This document shows, piece after piece, positions 29,585 to 37,946 of a DNA stretch of 38,083 nt. The notes under the pieces were generated by a model, which had not been told where the DNA came from, did no database searches, and saw only the letters and a program-made list of their open reading frames with translations. The translations under genes were made by a program, and so were the position numbers. Every line of letters begins with the position of its first letter. The first letter of the stretch is position 1. The DNA lies in assembly GCA_031385045.1 (NCBI GenBank), contig JANNBC010000003.1, forward strand, positions 1 to 38,083, read 5' to 3'. This DNA comes from a bacterium. Its GTDB lineage: Bacteria > Bdellovibrionota_C > UBA2361 > CALJRW01.

Positions 29585-30251
29585 TTAACATCTCCTGAAA
29601 TAAATTGTACTGCTGCAAACTTAACTGCCCATTAATAACGGCTTTATTAAGACTCCGTGGTGCATAGATAATTGCTTGTCGATCTAAGACGCAAGCAAAT
29701 CTTGATAATAAACCATCCGCTCCTGCTCCAAGAACAATTAATTGATTAGTACTTGTTGAATACTGTTCTTTAATTTTAAGTAAGTTTAGCAAATCGCTTC
29801 GGCTATTACAGTAGCAAGCTAATTTATAAAATTCAGCAGGAACTTGGAGCATTGCCAGAAGAATCTCCTCTAATCCCTGATAATCAGGAGTGACTTTGTA
29901 ATTATGATAAGAAAGAATTAGTTTTGACTTAGCTGCCAAATTACTAAAAAACTCCAACTCCTCTTTTTGTTCTAGAAAATCCAAATCAATAAAGACATTA
30001 GTTCTACTTGCCTCCTCTAAAACAGCTAGGCGCTCGCCTAGACTTAAACTAAATGCTTGCTGATCATTGCGACGTGTTAAGATTAATAATTGATCAGCGT
30101 ATTTCTGGGAAACTTCCTGAATGAATTCTAAATCCCAGTCTAAAATATAATCCAACCAAAGTTCTACTAAGTCATACCCTTCTAGCGCCTCATCTGCTAA
30201 CTTTCGAAACTCAGCCTTAGTTGTAACAATTTCCCCTAAGCAAAACTTCAT
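29574..30251 (-). CDS. aroD: Type I 3-dehydroquinate dehydratase (divergent)
   Basis: ILSYHNY (His), FYKLAC (Schiff-base Lys), terminal GQL. ATG at 30251 overlaps the aroE stop (ATGA). Confidence 0.8.
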   Translation of the reverse strand: MKFCLGEIVTTKAEFRKLADEALEGYDLVELWLDYILDWDLEFIQEVSQKYADQLLILTRRNDQQAFSLSLGERLAVLEEASRTNVFIDLDFLEQKEELEFFSNLAAKSKLILSYHNYKVTPDYQGLEEILLAMLQVPAEFYKLACYCNSRSDLLNLLKIKEQYSTSTNQLIVLGAGADGLLSRFACVLDRQAIIYAPRSLNKAVINGQLSLQQYNLFQEMLNAG

Positions 30252-31084
30252 ACTAATTTCCAATTAAAGTGCTGATATAAGGCAGTACGAAAAATCTCCC
30301 CATCAATCTCTTGATTAGTATAAAGTAAAAATTGTTCTTTTGCTTGCTCAATAAACATTTCAATTCCATGAACTGTTTTGGCACCTTTATTTTTAGCAAT
30401 TCTTAAGAGCGCAGTAGATTGCTGATTATAAATACAATCAAAGACAATCTGCTTTGAGCTAAAACAACTCTCGGGAACAGGACAAGGATCCTCTGATTCC
30501 AAACCAACAGAAGTACAATTAATAATGATATCAAAATCTACTAGCTCTGAAAGCTCTTCCCACTTGCCTGCCTTAATACCAAATTCATCAGCTAGTTCCT
30601 GCGCCTTAGACTCGGTTCGATTATAAATTTTAACATTAGCCTCTGCAAAATTCATAGCATAAACTGCAGCACGCCCAGCTCCACTAGCACCTAAAACGGC
30701 AACTTTTTTTCCAATAAGCGAAGTTAGATTTTCTAATGGTTTTAAAATTCCCAAGTAATCAGTATTCTCCGCGTGCCAAGTGGAATTCTTACGAATTAAG
30801 GTATTGGCTGCACCAATTTTATCAACAGCCCAGGAAGAAGAATGAACAAACGGTAAGCAATTTATTTTGTGAGGTAGCGTAACACTCACGCCAATAGCGC
30901 CTAGCTGCGCCAAAGTTTCTAAGCCACTATCGAGATCTTCCGCTTTGATTGGAAAAGCTCGAAAACTATATTGATTCTCTAAACCTAGCGCTTTATATCC
31001 AGCATTGTGAATTAATGGTGAGAGACTATGTTCAATTGGATAACCAATTACACAGCAAAGTTTATTAGTTTTATTTACTGACAT
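30248..31084 (-). CDS. aroE: Shikimate dehydrogenase
   Basis: HSLSPLIHN, VTLPHK, ENTD, GASGAG, IINCTSVG. Confidence 0.95.
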   Translation of the reverse strand: MSVNKTNKLCCVIGYPIEHSLSPLIHNAGYKALGLENQYSFRAFPIKAEDLDSGLETLAQLGAIGVSVTLPHKINCLPFVHSSSWAVDKIGAANTLIRKNSTWHAENTDYLGILKPLENLTSLIGKKVAVLGASGAGRAAVYAMNFAEANVKIYNRTESKAQELADEFGIKAGKWEELSELVDFDIIINCTSVGLESEDPCPVPESCFSSKQIVFDCIYNQQSTALLRIAKNKGAKTVHGIEMFIEQAKEQFLLYTNQEIDGEIFRTALYQHFNWKLV

Positions 31085-31578
31085 AAAATCATTTTAATTT
31101 CCTTAGCAACTTGTTGAATACTAAAGATGTCCGTATCAATTGTATAATCTGCGACCTCTTGATACCGATCTTGTCGCTCTTGATATAAACTTTGAGCTCG
31201 ATTTAAATCTAAAAACAAAGGCCTAGACTTATCATCGGCTAAACGAATCTTAATATTATTAAAACTAGTCTTCAAATAAAATACGCTTAAGTTTGATTCC
31301 TTAAGTAGTAATAAATTATAATTATTAGAAAGAATCCCCCCGCCAGTTGATAAGACGAAGTCATCTTCCTCATCTAAAGTTTGCTCTAATAACTCTGACT
31401 CAATTTTACGAAAGGACTGTTCCCCTTCCGCCTTAAACAAATCTGTGACACTGGCATACTCTGTCTTTTTTAAAATCTCTCGATCTAATTCAATTAATTT
31501 TAAATTTAAATCATTGGCTACTATTTCGGCTACAGAAGTTTTTCCTGAGCCCATAAATCCAACTAAGACTATTTTCAT
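31075..31578 (-). CDS. aroK: Shikimate kinase
   Basis: GFMGSGKT, GEQSFR, STGGG, RPL. Confidence 0.95.
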   Translation of the reverse strand: MKIVLVGFMGSGKTSVAEIVANDLNLKLIELDREILKKTEYASVTDLFKAEGEQSFRKIESELLEQTLDEEDDFVLSTGGGILSNNYNLLLLKESNLSVFYLKTSFNNIKIRLADDKSRPLFLDLNRAQSLYQERQDRYQEVADYTIDTDIFSIQQVAKEIKMILCQ

Positions 31579-33962
31579 ACGTTACTTAACCCGCAAACTT
31601 CAAGTTGTTGCCAAAAATCAGGGAAAGACTTACTCACCACCTGAGGATTAGCGATGCTGATTTTTGGATAAATCGCCGCTAAAATGGCAAAGGACATCGC
31701 CATGCGGTGATCTTCATAAGTTTCAATCAACACTCCAGTTGCTGGAACTTCAATTGTCCCCCCATGGATTTCAATAAAATCATCTCCAACAACAGTCTTA
31801 ATATTTAACTTTTTTAACTCCTGAGATAAAGCCCTTAAACGATCAGTTTCCTTATTTTTTAGTGTACTAAGCCCAGTTAATCGACTTACTCCCTTAATTA
31901 AGCTGGCTAAAACCGCCAAAGTCTGGGCAGAATCAGGCAATTGTTCTAAATCTGCGATAATTGGCCGCAAATCAGCTTGTCCAGTTACATTAATAGTTCG
32001 CTCTGCTGTTTGCACCCGACAACCTATCTTCTCAAGAACCGAGACTAGCCCTAAATCTCCCTGTTTAGATTCAGGAGATAAATTTTGCACAGTAATCGCT
32101 TCAGATGTAGCAGCCGCTAAACACCAGAAATATCCAGCACCGGTTGCATCACCATCGATTTGATACGCACCTGCCTGAGGTAATGAGTCAAAGATTAAAA
32201 AGTAGTTATCTTCCTCTTGTACAACATTTACACCAAAGTCATTCATGACTTGTAGTGTTAGATCAATGTAAGATTTGGAAACTAGATCTCCCGTTAAATT
32301 AATCTCCACACTTTTTGCTAAGGAAGAAGCTGAAAGCATCAATGAAGAAAGAAACTGACTACTAATATTAGCTTTAATCTCTACTGAAAATTTATCTTGC
32401 TTGCCATGCCCAGTAATTTGCAGTGGTGGACAATTTGGAGTTCCTAGATATTTAATTTCAATACCTTGGCTAACAAGAGCATCTACCAAATCACTAATTG
32501 GTCGCTGATGCATTCGTTCACTTCCTCTAATCTCTACCGATGCGCCAGGAACCGTCGCAATAAATGATGTTAGAAAACGCATCGCAGTTCCTGCTGGGCC
32601 AACATCAATTACACCTTTATAGGGAATTAGAGTTTCTGGACGATCTATTAGTAAAGTATCATCTAACCATTCAAACTTAACCCCAAACTTCTGCAGTGCC
32701 TCAATCATTACCTGCGCATCATCACAAATCGCTGGATTGTAAAGAATTGATTTTCCAACTGCTTGTCCAGCTAGAATTAAGGCTCGATTAGTTAAACTCT
32801 TAGAACCTTTAAGGGCAACTGATGCCTCCTTAACTTTACCAGTAAGGCTCAAACAACTTTCTTCTTTAATTGGTAGCGATAAGTCTAAATACTTAGCTAT
32901 ACACCCAGTTAATAGTTCACTTTTAACAGTTTGATCAATCACAGCTTCTCCCAATTTTTTTAACAAGACCCATTTTACTTCTTGATTAGAATTTTTCTTA
33001 TCAGTCAAAAGCTTAGCTTGAAATTCTAAATGATTAATCTTGGCTTCAATTAATATTGGTAAATTAAATTTAACAATCAACTTTTTAATTCGCTCAAAAT
33101 CAATACTGCTAATCAAACCCTGCGAGACCGCAAGCTCTGACTCCATTAACATTCCTAGAGCAACTGCTTCGCCGTGCGCCAGAGAATGATTTGTTTCTAA
33201 GCAAAGACTTTCCAGTGCATGCCCAGCCGTGTGCCCAAAATTTAAAATTTTTCGAAGTCCTGCTTCCTTTGGATCTGCCTTAACAACCTGAGCCTTAATA
33301 GCAACAGACTTAGCAATTAAATCTGAAAAATCAGTGAAGTCTTTTACTGGCCAAGTAAAATCCTCTAAGAAATCAATAAAGCTAGCATCGGCAATTAAGG
33401 CATGCTTAATATTTTCAGCCATGCCCGAAGATAATTCTCTAGCAGGTAAAGACCTTAAGCTTAGTGGATTAATTAAGACTGCTTTGGGCTGCTGAAAAGC
33501 ACCAATTAAATTTTTAACATGATTAAAATTAATTCCTGTTTTACCTCCAACAGAAGCATCAACTTGAGAGAGTAATGTTGTGGGAGCCTGGATAAAATCA
33601 ATCCCTCGCATGTAAACACTAGCAGCAAATCCACCAAGGTCTCCCACTACTCCACCACCAAAATTAATTAAGAGTGAACGCCTGTCCGCACCGCCCAGAT
33701 TTAGTTCCTGTAAAACTTGCTCCCAGGTACTTACTGTTTTCTGCTCTTCTCCACTATTAATTTTAATTAGCTTAAAATCTTCTGGTAAATATTTAAGAAT
33801 CAACTCTGAACAGTTATCCCAAACTGCCAATGTAGTCAGGACAAAAACTTTAGAATACTTAGCCTTCGCAATTAAACTAGCTAATTTTGAGTAAGCATCA
33901 TCCCCAATTATCACTTGATAATTAAGGGACTCTGCCGGAAGATCAATATCTAATCGAAACAT
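31575..33962 (-). CDS. aroB-aroA: Bifunctional 3-dehydroquinate synthase / EPSP synthase (AroB-AroA fusion)
   Basis: GGGVVGDLGGF, TTLLSQVDASVGGKTG, LNFGHT, then in frame SKSLTNR, AGTAMRF, SSQFLS, KETDR, DHRMAM. ATG at 33962 overlaps the upstream TAA. Confidence 0.93.
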   Translation of the reverse strand: MFRLDIDLPAESLNYQVIIGDDAYSKLASLIAKAKYSKVFVLTTLAVWDNCSELILKYLPEDFKLIKINSGEEQKTVSTWEQVLQELNLGGADRRSLLINFGGGVVGDLGGFAASVYMRGIDFIQAPTTLLSQVDASVGGKTGINFNHVKNLIGAFQQPKAVLINPLSLRSLPARELSSGMAENIKHALIADASFIDFLEDFTWPVKDFTDFSDLIAKSVAIKAQVVKADPKEAGLRKILNFGHTAGHALESLCLETNHSLAHGEAVALGMLMESELAVSQGLISSIDFERIKKLIVKFNLPILIEAKINHLEFQAKLLTDKKNSNQEVKWVLLKKLGEAVIDQTVKSELLTGCIAKYLDLSLPIKEESCLSLTGKVKEASVALKGSKSLTNRALILAGQAVGKSILYNPAICDDAQVMIEALQKFGVKFEWLDDTLLIDRPETLIPYKGVIDVGPAGTAMRFLTSFIATVPGASVEIRGSERMHQRPISDLVDALVSQGIEIKYLGTPNCPPLQITGHGKQDKFSVEIKANISSQFLSSLMLSASSLAKSVEINLTGDLVSKSYIDLTLQVMNDFGVNVVQEEDNYFLIFDSLPQAGAYQIDGDATGAGYFWCLAAATSEAITVQNLSPESKQGDLGLVSVLEKIGCRVQTAERTINVTGQADLRPIIADLEQLPDSAQTLAVLASLIKGVSRLTGLSTLKNKETDRLRALSQELKKLNIKTVVGDDFIEIHGGTIEVPATGVLIETYEDHRMAMSFAILAAIYPKISIANPQVVSKSFPDFWQQLEVCGLSNV

Positions 33963-35992
33963 TAATAATCCCCCCAAGGAGTATTACCTAAATCTTGCAT
34001 TAATTTCTCCATTTGGTGAAAGCGAAGTGCTTGTGGCCCATCACTCAAAGCCTTCTCTGGTTCAGGGTGAAATTCCACAATAATACCATGTGCCCCAATT
34101 GCTTTAGCAGCAATTGCTAATGCTGGAACTAAATCCCTAACCCCAGCAGCGTGTGAAGGATCAATGATAATCGGCAAATGACTACGACGCTTTATTAACG
34201 GAACCGCACTTAGATCTAGAGTAAACCTAGTAGCCGTTTCAAAAGTTCGAATTCCTCGCTCACAAAACATTACCTGTAAATTTCCTTGTGCTAAAATATA
34301 TTCAGCAGCATCTAGCATATCACTAATGGTACAACTCATGCCTCTTTTTAATAAAACTGGTTTTTGCGTTTTTCCAATTTCAGCCAGCAAGGTAAAGTTC
34401 TGCATATTCCGCGCACCAACTTGAATAATATCAGTTTTCTCAGCAACTTTATGAACATCTTCGGTCGACATTACTTCCGTAATAATCGGCATGTGATATT
34501 TCTTACCAGCTTCAACTAACATATCTAAACCTTCGTAGCCTAAACCTTGGAAGCTATAAGGCGAAGTCCTTGGCTTAAAACATCCCCCTCTTAAAATCTG
34601 ACATCCAGTATTACTTGCTAACTCGGCACAATCCATGATTTGTTGATATGACTCAACGGAACATGGCCCAGACATTACAGTAAAGGACTTACCACCAATC
34701 TTGACTCCTTTAACTTCAATAATTGTATCTTCTTGCTTATGATCACGACTACTAATTAAGGATGATTTTTTAGTAGTAGCCACTACTGCTACCTTTTCAG
34801 GAACTTTAACTTCCACTTTCCGATCATCAACTTGAGTTGGCAATTTAACTTGAACAGCTTCCACATCTGGAATCGGATAACACCCAAGGACTCGGATGAA
34901 CTTACTCTGCTTCCCAACTTCATCAAGCGCTAGCTTAACACGCTCATCTTGAACATTGCCTTGTAAATCTAAATAAAACATTTCTTCCCAGTTATTACCT
35001 GGAACTGGACGTGACTCTAATTTGGTTAAGTTAATCTCATAATTTTTAAAAACGTTTAAAGCATCTGCTAAAGCACCAGGGACTTGCTGTGTTGAAAATA
35101 CAATTGAAGTTTTAGCAGGAACACGCATATCAACTTTAACTGGTTTTCTAGCAACCACAATAAATCTAAAGAAAACTTCTTTCTGATTACTAATATCTTC
35201 AGCAATGACTGCGAGACCGGTAATATCTTCTAGTAGTTTTCCTGTAAGTCCGGCAATGCCTGGCTTATTTAACTCCCGAATCTTATCAACGGCATTTTCA
35301 TAATCAGCCAAATAACGAATCTTTAAACCATTCTCTGCTAAGAAATTACGACAGAGCATCACATCTCGTGGATGACAGTAAACTTCTTTAATTGATTTAA
35401 TCGACTCACCAGCTAATGCCACTAAACATGTTTCAATTTGAACCTTGATTTCACCAACAATTTGATTTTGGGCATTAAGTAACAAGTCATAAACTTCGTT
35501 ATTTGCTCCAGCAATCGTATTTTCAATCGGGATAATCCCATAATCAGACTTACCCTGCTGAACTTCTTCAAAGACATCCTTAATAGTTTCACAAAGGTTG
35601 TAATTTAAACTGGTGTTAGTGAAATGTTTTTTAGCAGCCTCAGTATTATATTTAACATATGCTTGCTGACAAGAGATCTTGAGTGCATCCACCGCCGATT
35701 CAGAGTTAATCTTACTCTGTAAGTATTTTCTTTGAATTCGATTAGAATCTGCTAAAATCTCTTTAAAGATCGAATTTACATAATGGTTATCGAGGCCTAA
35801 CTCTTTGCTCTTTTTGAATGCGTTTAACAAAACTTCCTGTTCTCGAGACTCATCTCTTAGGTTTTGATTTCCTTTTTCTTTCTCACTAACAACTTTTAGC
35901 GCAACATCTTTTCGTTGTGCTAAAATTTCTAATAACTTAGCATCTAGGTCGCTAATTTGAGTTCTTAAATTGCTTAATGTATCTTTAGACAT
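33962..35992 (-). CDS. pheA-aroF: Chorismate mutase - prephenate dehydratase-like - ACT - DAHP synthase (type I-beta) fusion
   Basis: AroQ LRTQISDLD..RDESRE, PIENT, ACT NLTKLESRP, DAHPS GPCSVE, KPRTSPYSFQG, LLKRG, DPSH. Confidence 0.9.
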   Translation of the reverse strand: MSKDTLSNLRTQISDLDAKLLEILAQRKDVALKVVSEKEKGNQNLRDESREQEVLLNAFKKSKELGLDNHYVNSIFKEILADSNRIQRKYLQSKINSESAVDALKISCQQAYVKYNTEAAKKHFTNTSLNYNLCETIKDVFEEVQQGKSDYGIIPIENTIAGANNEVYDLLLNAQNQIVGEIKVQIETCLVALAGESIKSIKEVYCHPRDVMLCRNFLAENGLKIRYLADYENAVDKIRELNKPGIAGLTGKLLEDITGLAVIAEDISNQKEVFFRFIVVARKPVKVDMRVPAKTSIVFSTQQVPGALADALNVFKNYEINLTKLESRPVPGNNWEEMFYLDLQGNVQDERVKLALDEVGKQSKFIRVLGCYPIPDVEAVQVKLPTQVDDRKVEVKVPEKVAVVATTKKSSLISSRDHKQEDTIIEVKGVKIGGKSFTVMSGPCSVESYQQIMDCAELASNTGCQILRGGCFKPRTSPYSFQGLGYEGLDMLVEAGKKYHMPIITEVMSTEDVHKVAEKTDIIQVGARNMQNFTLLAEIGKTQKPVLLKRGMSCTISDMLDAAEYILAQGNLQVMFCERGIRTFETATRFTLDLSAVPLIKRRSHLPIIIDPSHAAGVRDLVPALAIAAKAIGAHGIIVEFHPEPEKALSDGPQALRFHQMEKLMQDLGNTPWGDY

Positions 35993-36056
35993 ATTATTTG
36001 AATATAAAATTTAAATGGTAACCGAATTGTGGGTAGGTGGGTAAGTATAATAGTGC

Positions 36057-36107
36057 TTAAGCACTAAAATAGAAGAATGGAAAAAATTGACAAGAATTAC
36101 AATTCAT
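36057..36107 (-). CDS. Putative Phe/Tyr-rich leader peptide of the aro operon (MNCNSCQFFPFFYFSA)
   Basis: 16-codon ORF with 5 Phe + 1 Tyr in 7 consecutive codons, ending 64 nt before the first gene. Perfect palindrome TAGTGCTTAAGCACTA (36051-36066) spans its stop. Confidence 0.85.
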   Translation of the reverse strand: MNCNSCQFFPFFYFSA

Positions 36108-36113
36108 AGAATC

Positions 36114-36142
36114 AAAATAAGCTATTATAAACCCACCGTCAA
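36114..36142 (-). promoter_or_regulatory. sigma70-type promoter of the aro leader (leaderless geometry)
   Basis: TTGACG-17 nt-TATTTT-6 nt-ATG. Confidence 0.65.
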
Positions 36143-36173
36143 TCATTTTTCGCAAAAAATGATTGACGGTGGG
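36132..36173. repeat. 19-bp perfect inverted repeat in the divergent promoter region
   Basis: CCCACCGTCAATCATTTTT-CGCA-AAAAATGATTGACGGTGGG. Confidence 0.85.
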
Positions 36174-36283
36174 CGAGCAAAATAATAGCAAAGCTATTTT
36201 TTGCCGTAGATAACACTAAGCCCTGGCGGGGCATTAAATAATGACCCGCGATCGGCTATCAAGTAACAAATCAAGTAGAAAAA

Positions 36284-36961
36284 ATGCGCGAAATAAATGA
36301 TTTTGGCCCAATTTATGCCGAGACAAATCTGGATTTATTAATAGCTGAACCTTTTAATACCTTCTCTAATCTAATCTTTTTAGTAATTATTATTTACTGG
36401 GCACGAAAGACAAAGTTCCATTTTAAAGATTACCCCTTAATTGTTTTCTGTTTACCAATTTTATTTATTGGATTTGTGGGTGGAACCATTTTTCATGCCA
36501 CCAGAAGTCACAGCATCTGGCTGATTTTAGACTTTGTTCCAATCATGATTTTAACAATCACAGCAGCCGTTCGCTTTTGGCAGATGGTAACTAACAGCAA
36601 AGTATGGGGAACAATCTGCCCCTTAGCAATTATCTTACTCACTAGAACTTTTGCTCAAGTTTTCAATCTACCCCGTAACTTTCAAATTAGCTTTGGATAC
36701 TTGGGACTTAGCACTGCCATACTCCTTCCCGCTTTCATTTATTCTTACAAGAATGATTTTTTAGGTCTTAAACAACTGCTACTTTCTATATGTTTCATAA
36801 TTATAGCTTTGATATTTCGAGCAAGTGACCTTGCATTAGCTACATATCTGCCGATGGGAAGTCATTTTCTTTGGCATATCTTTGGGGCGCTGAGCGTGCA
36901 TTATTTAATTAGTTTTATTTATATAACTAAAACCCAAATCAATAATAATCCTGAAGACTAA
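36284..36961 (+). CDS. CREST-superfamily (ceramidase / hemolysin III-like) membrane protein
   Basis: AEPFNTFSN, TIFHA and HFLWH motifs, about 7 TM helices. Confidence 0.8.
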   Translation: MREINDFGPIYAETNLDLLIAEPFNTFSNLIFLVIIIYWARKTKFHFKDYPLIVFCLPILFIGFVGGTIFHATRSHSIWLILDFVPIMILTITAAVRFWQMVTNSKVWGTICPLAIILLTRTFAQVFNLPRNFQISFGYLGLSTAILLPAFIYSYKNDFLGLKQLLLSICFIIIALIFRASDLALATYLPMGSHFLWHIFGALSVHYLISFIYITKTQINNNPED

Positions 36962-36965
36962 CTAT

Positions 36966-37226
36966 TTAATATACCTGCGTGTGTGTGCCAACGTCGATTA
37001 ATAGAATTAAGACACCTTACTCTATTTCCGTGTAGAGTATTCTAAGATCATAGCCTACTTTGATAGCTCTAATTCCTGCGAGAGCTCCTGAAAGTAAATG
37101 ATTTCTTAACTTAGGATGATAGTTATCAATCAAGAACAATTCCAATGTAGAATCGACTAGTTTTTGGTTTTCAACTGATAATCTTCGATAAGACTTTAAA
37201 AATTTCTTGGAATAATTAACTTGCAA
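36966..37226 (-). pseudogene. YafQ/RelE-family toxin with in-frame nonsense codon
   Basis: ORF-track frame stops at TAA 37017-37019 but continues in frame GVLILLIDVGTHTQVY* to 36966, supplying the conserved GTH terminus. Only a TTG start. Confidence 0.8.
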
Positions 37227-37228
37227 AA

Positions 37229-37262
37229 TACTTTTTCCAATTTACTTAAATTGGAAAAAGTA
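37229..37262 (-). terminator. 16-bp inverted repeat between antitoxin and toxin, terminator-like
   Basis: TACTTTTTCCAATTTA-CT-TAAATTGGAAAAAGTA, followed by TTTT on the minus strand. Confidence 0.6.
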
Positions 37263-37269
37263 ACCTCTG

Positions 37270-37557
37270 CTATTTCTTTAAAGATGCAATCAGCTCCTCC
37301 ACATCATCAAATTTACGACTAACATTCTTACCTTGCTTGGCATCTCTAACAATTAAGAGAATTTCCTTAATTTGTTCGGCAGAATATTCATCAGAGTCAC
37401 TAGCTCCAATTTTAAATGGAATAGATTTTGTTTTCACAATCTTTTTAAGAAACAACCTTAGTGCAGTTGGCAAGTCTAATCCCAAATCATCCAAAACTTT
37501 TTCAGCCTTTTTTTTAAGTTCATCTTCCACTCTAAATTGAATATTTTTAGTTGCCAT
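37270..37557 (-). CDS. dinJ: RelB/DinJ-family antitoxin
   Basis: IQFRVEDELKKKAEKVL..GLDLPTALRLFL..IPF. ATG 37557 preferred because it follows a consensus promoter. Confidence 0.88.
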   Translation of the reverse strand: MATKNIQFRVEDELKKKAEKVLDDLGLDLPTALRLFLKKIVKTKSIPFKIGASDSDEYSAEQIKEILLIVRDAKQGKNVSRKFDDVEELIASLKK

Positions 37558-37592
37558 ATGCAAATTATATGCAAAAAACATGCAAATTGCAA
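37558..37592 (-). promoter_or_regulatory. dinJ promoter overlapped by TTGCA(T) repeats (candidate autorepression operator)
   Basis: TTGCAA-17 nt-TATAAT-6 nt-ATG, with four TTGCA copies in 35 bp. Confidence 0.7.
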
Positions 37593-37838
37593 TAAGCTAC
37601 TTTTTCCTATAATCCTACCTTAATCGCCATACTAATGATTAAGTTCACTAACTATTAATTTTTATTAATAATTCAAAACATGCCCCCAAGAGAATTATTG
37701 AACAAGAGAAAGCAGTCTGACTGACTGTAAACTTAAGACTGAATAAATGAACTTTAGTTCAATTTACTTTGAATGAACCTTCAAGAGGAAATTTGATAAT
37801 ATTTTTAAAAAATGTATATTATCAACCTTCTTCAAAGC

Positions 37839-37914
37839 GCCGACTTAGCTCAATTGGTAGAGCAACTGATTTGTAATCAGTAGGTTTTGGGTTCAAGTCC
37901 CTAAGTCGGCTCCA
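37839..37914 (+). tRNA. tRNA-Thr (anticodon UGU)
   Basis: 76 nt, acceptor GCCGACT/AGTCGGC, anticodon arm ACTGA-TTTGTAA-TCAGT, GGTTCAAGTCC T-loop, encoded CCA. Confidence 0.96.
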
Positions 37915-37946
37915 TTTTTGCATCTAGTGCATCTAGTGCCAGGCAA

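Noticed and set aside
29574..30251. aroD as a pseudo-enzyme because ELRLD reads ELWLD
   Set aside because: The catalytic Lys and His are retained and it is the only dehydratase in an otherwise complete operon.
352..37540. Other short ORF-track entries (352, 8580, 11451, 16670, 18165, 19834, 20489, 23783, 24932, 27619, 28628, 31445, 37337)
   Set aside because: All but 11451 overlap well-supported genes. None shows a motif or convincing initiation signal.
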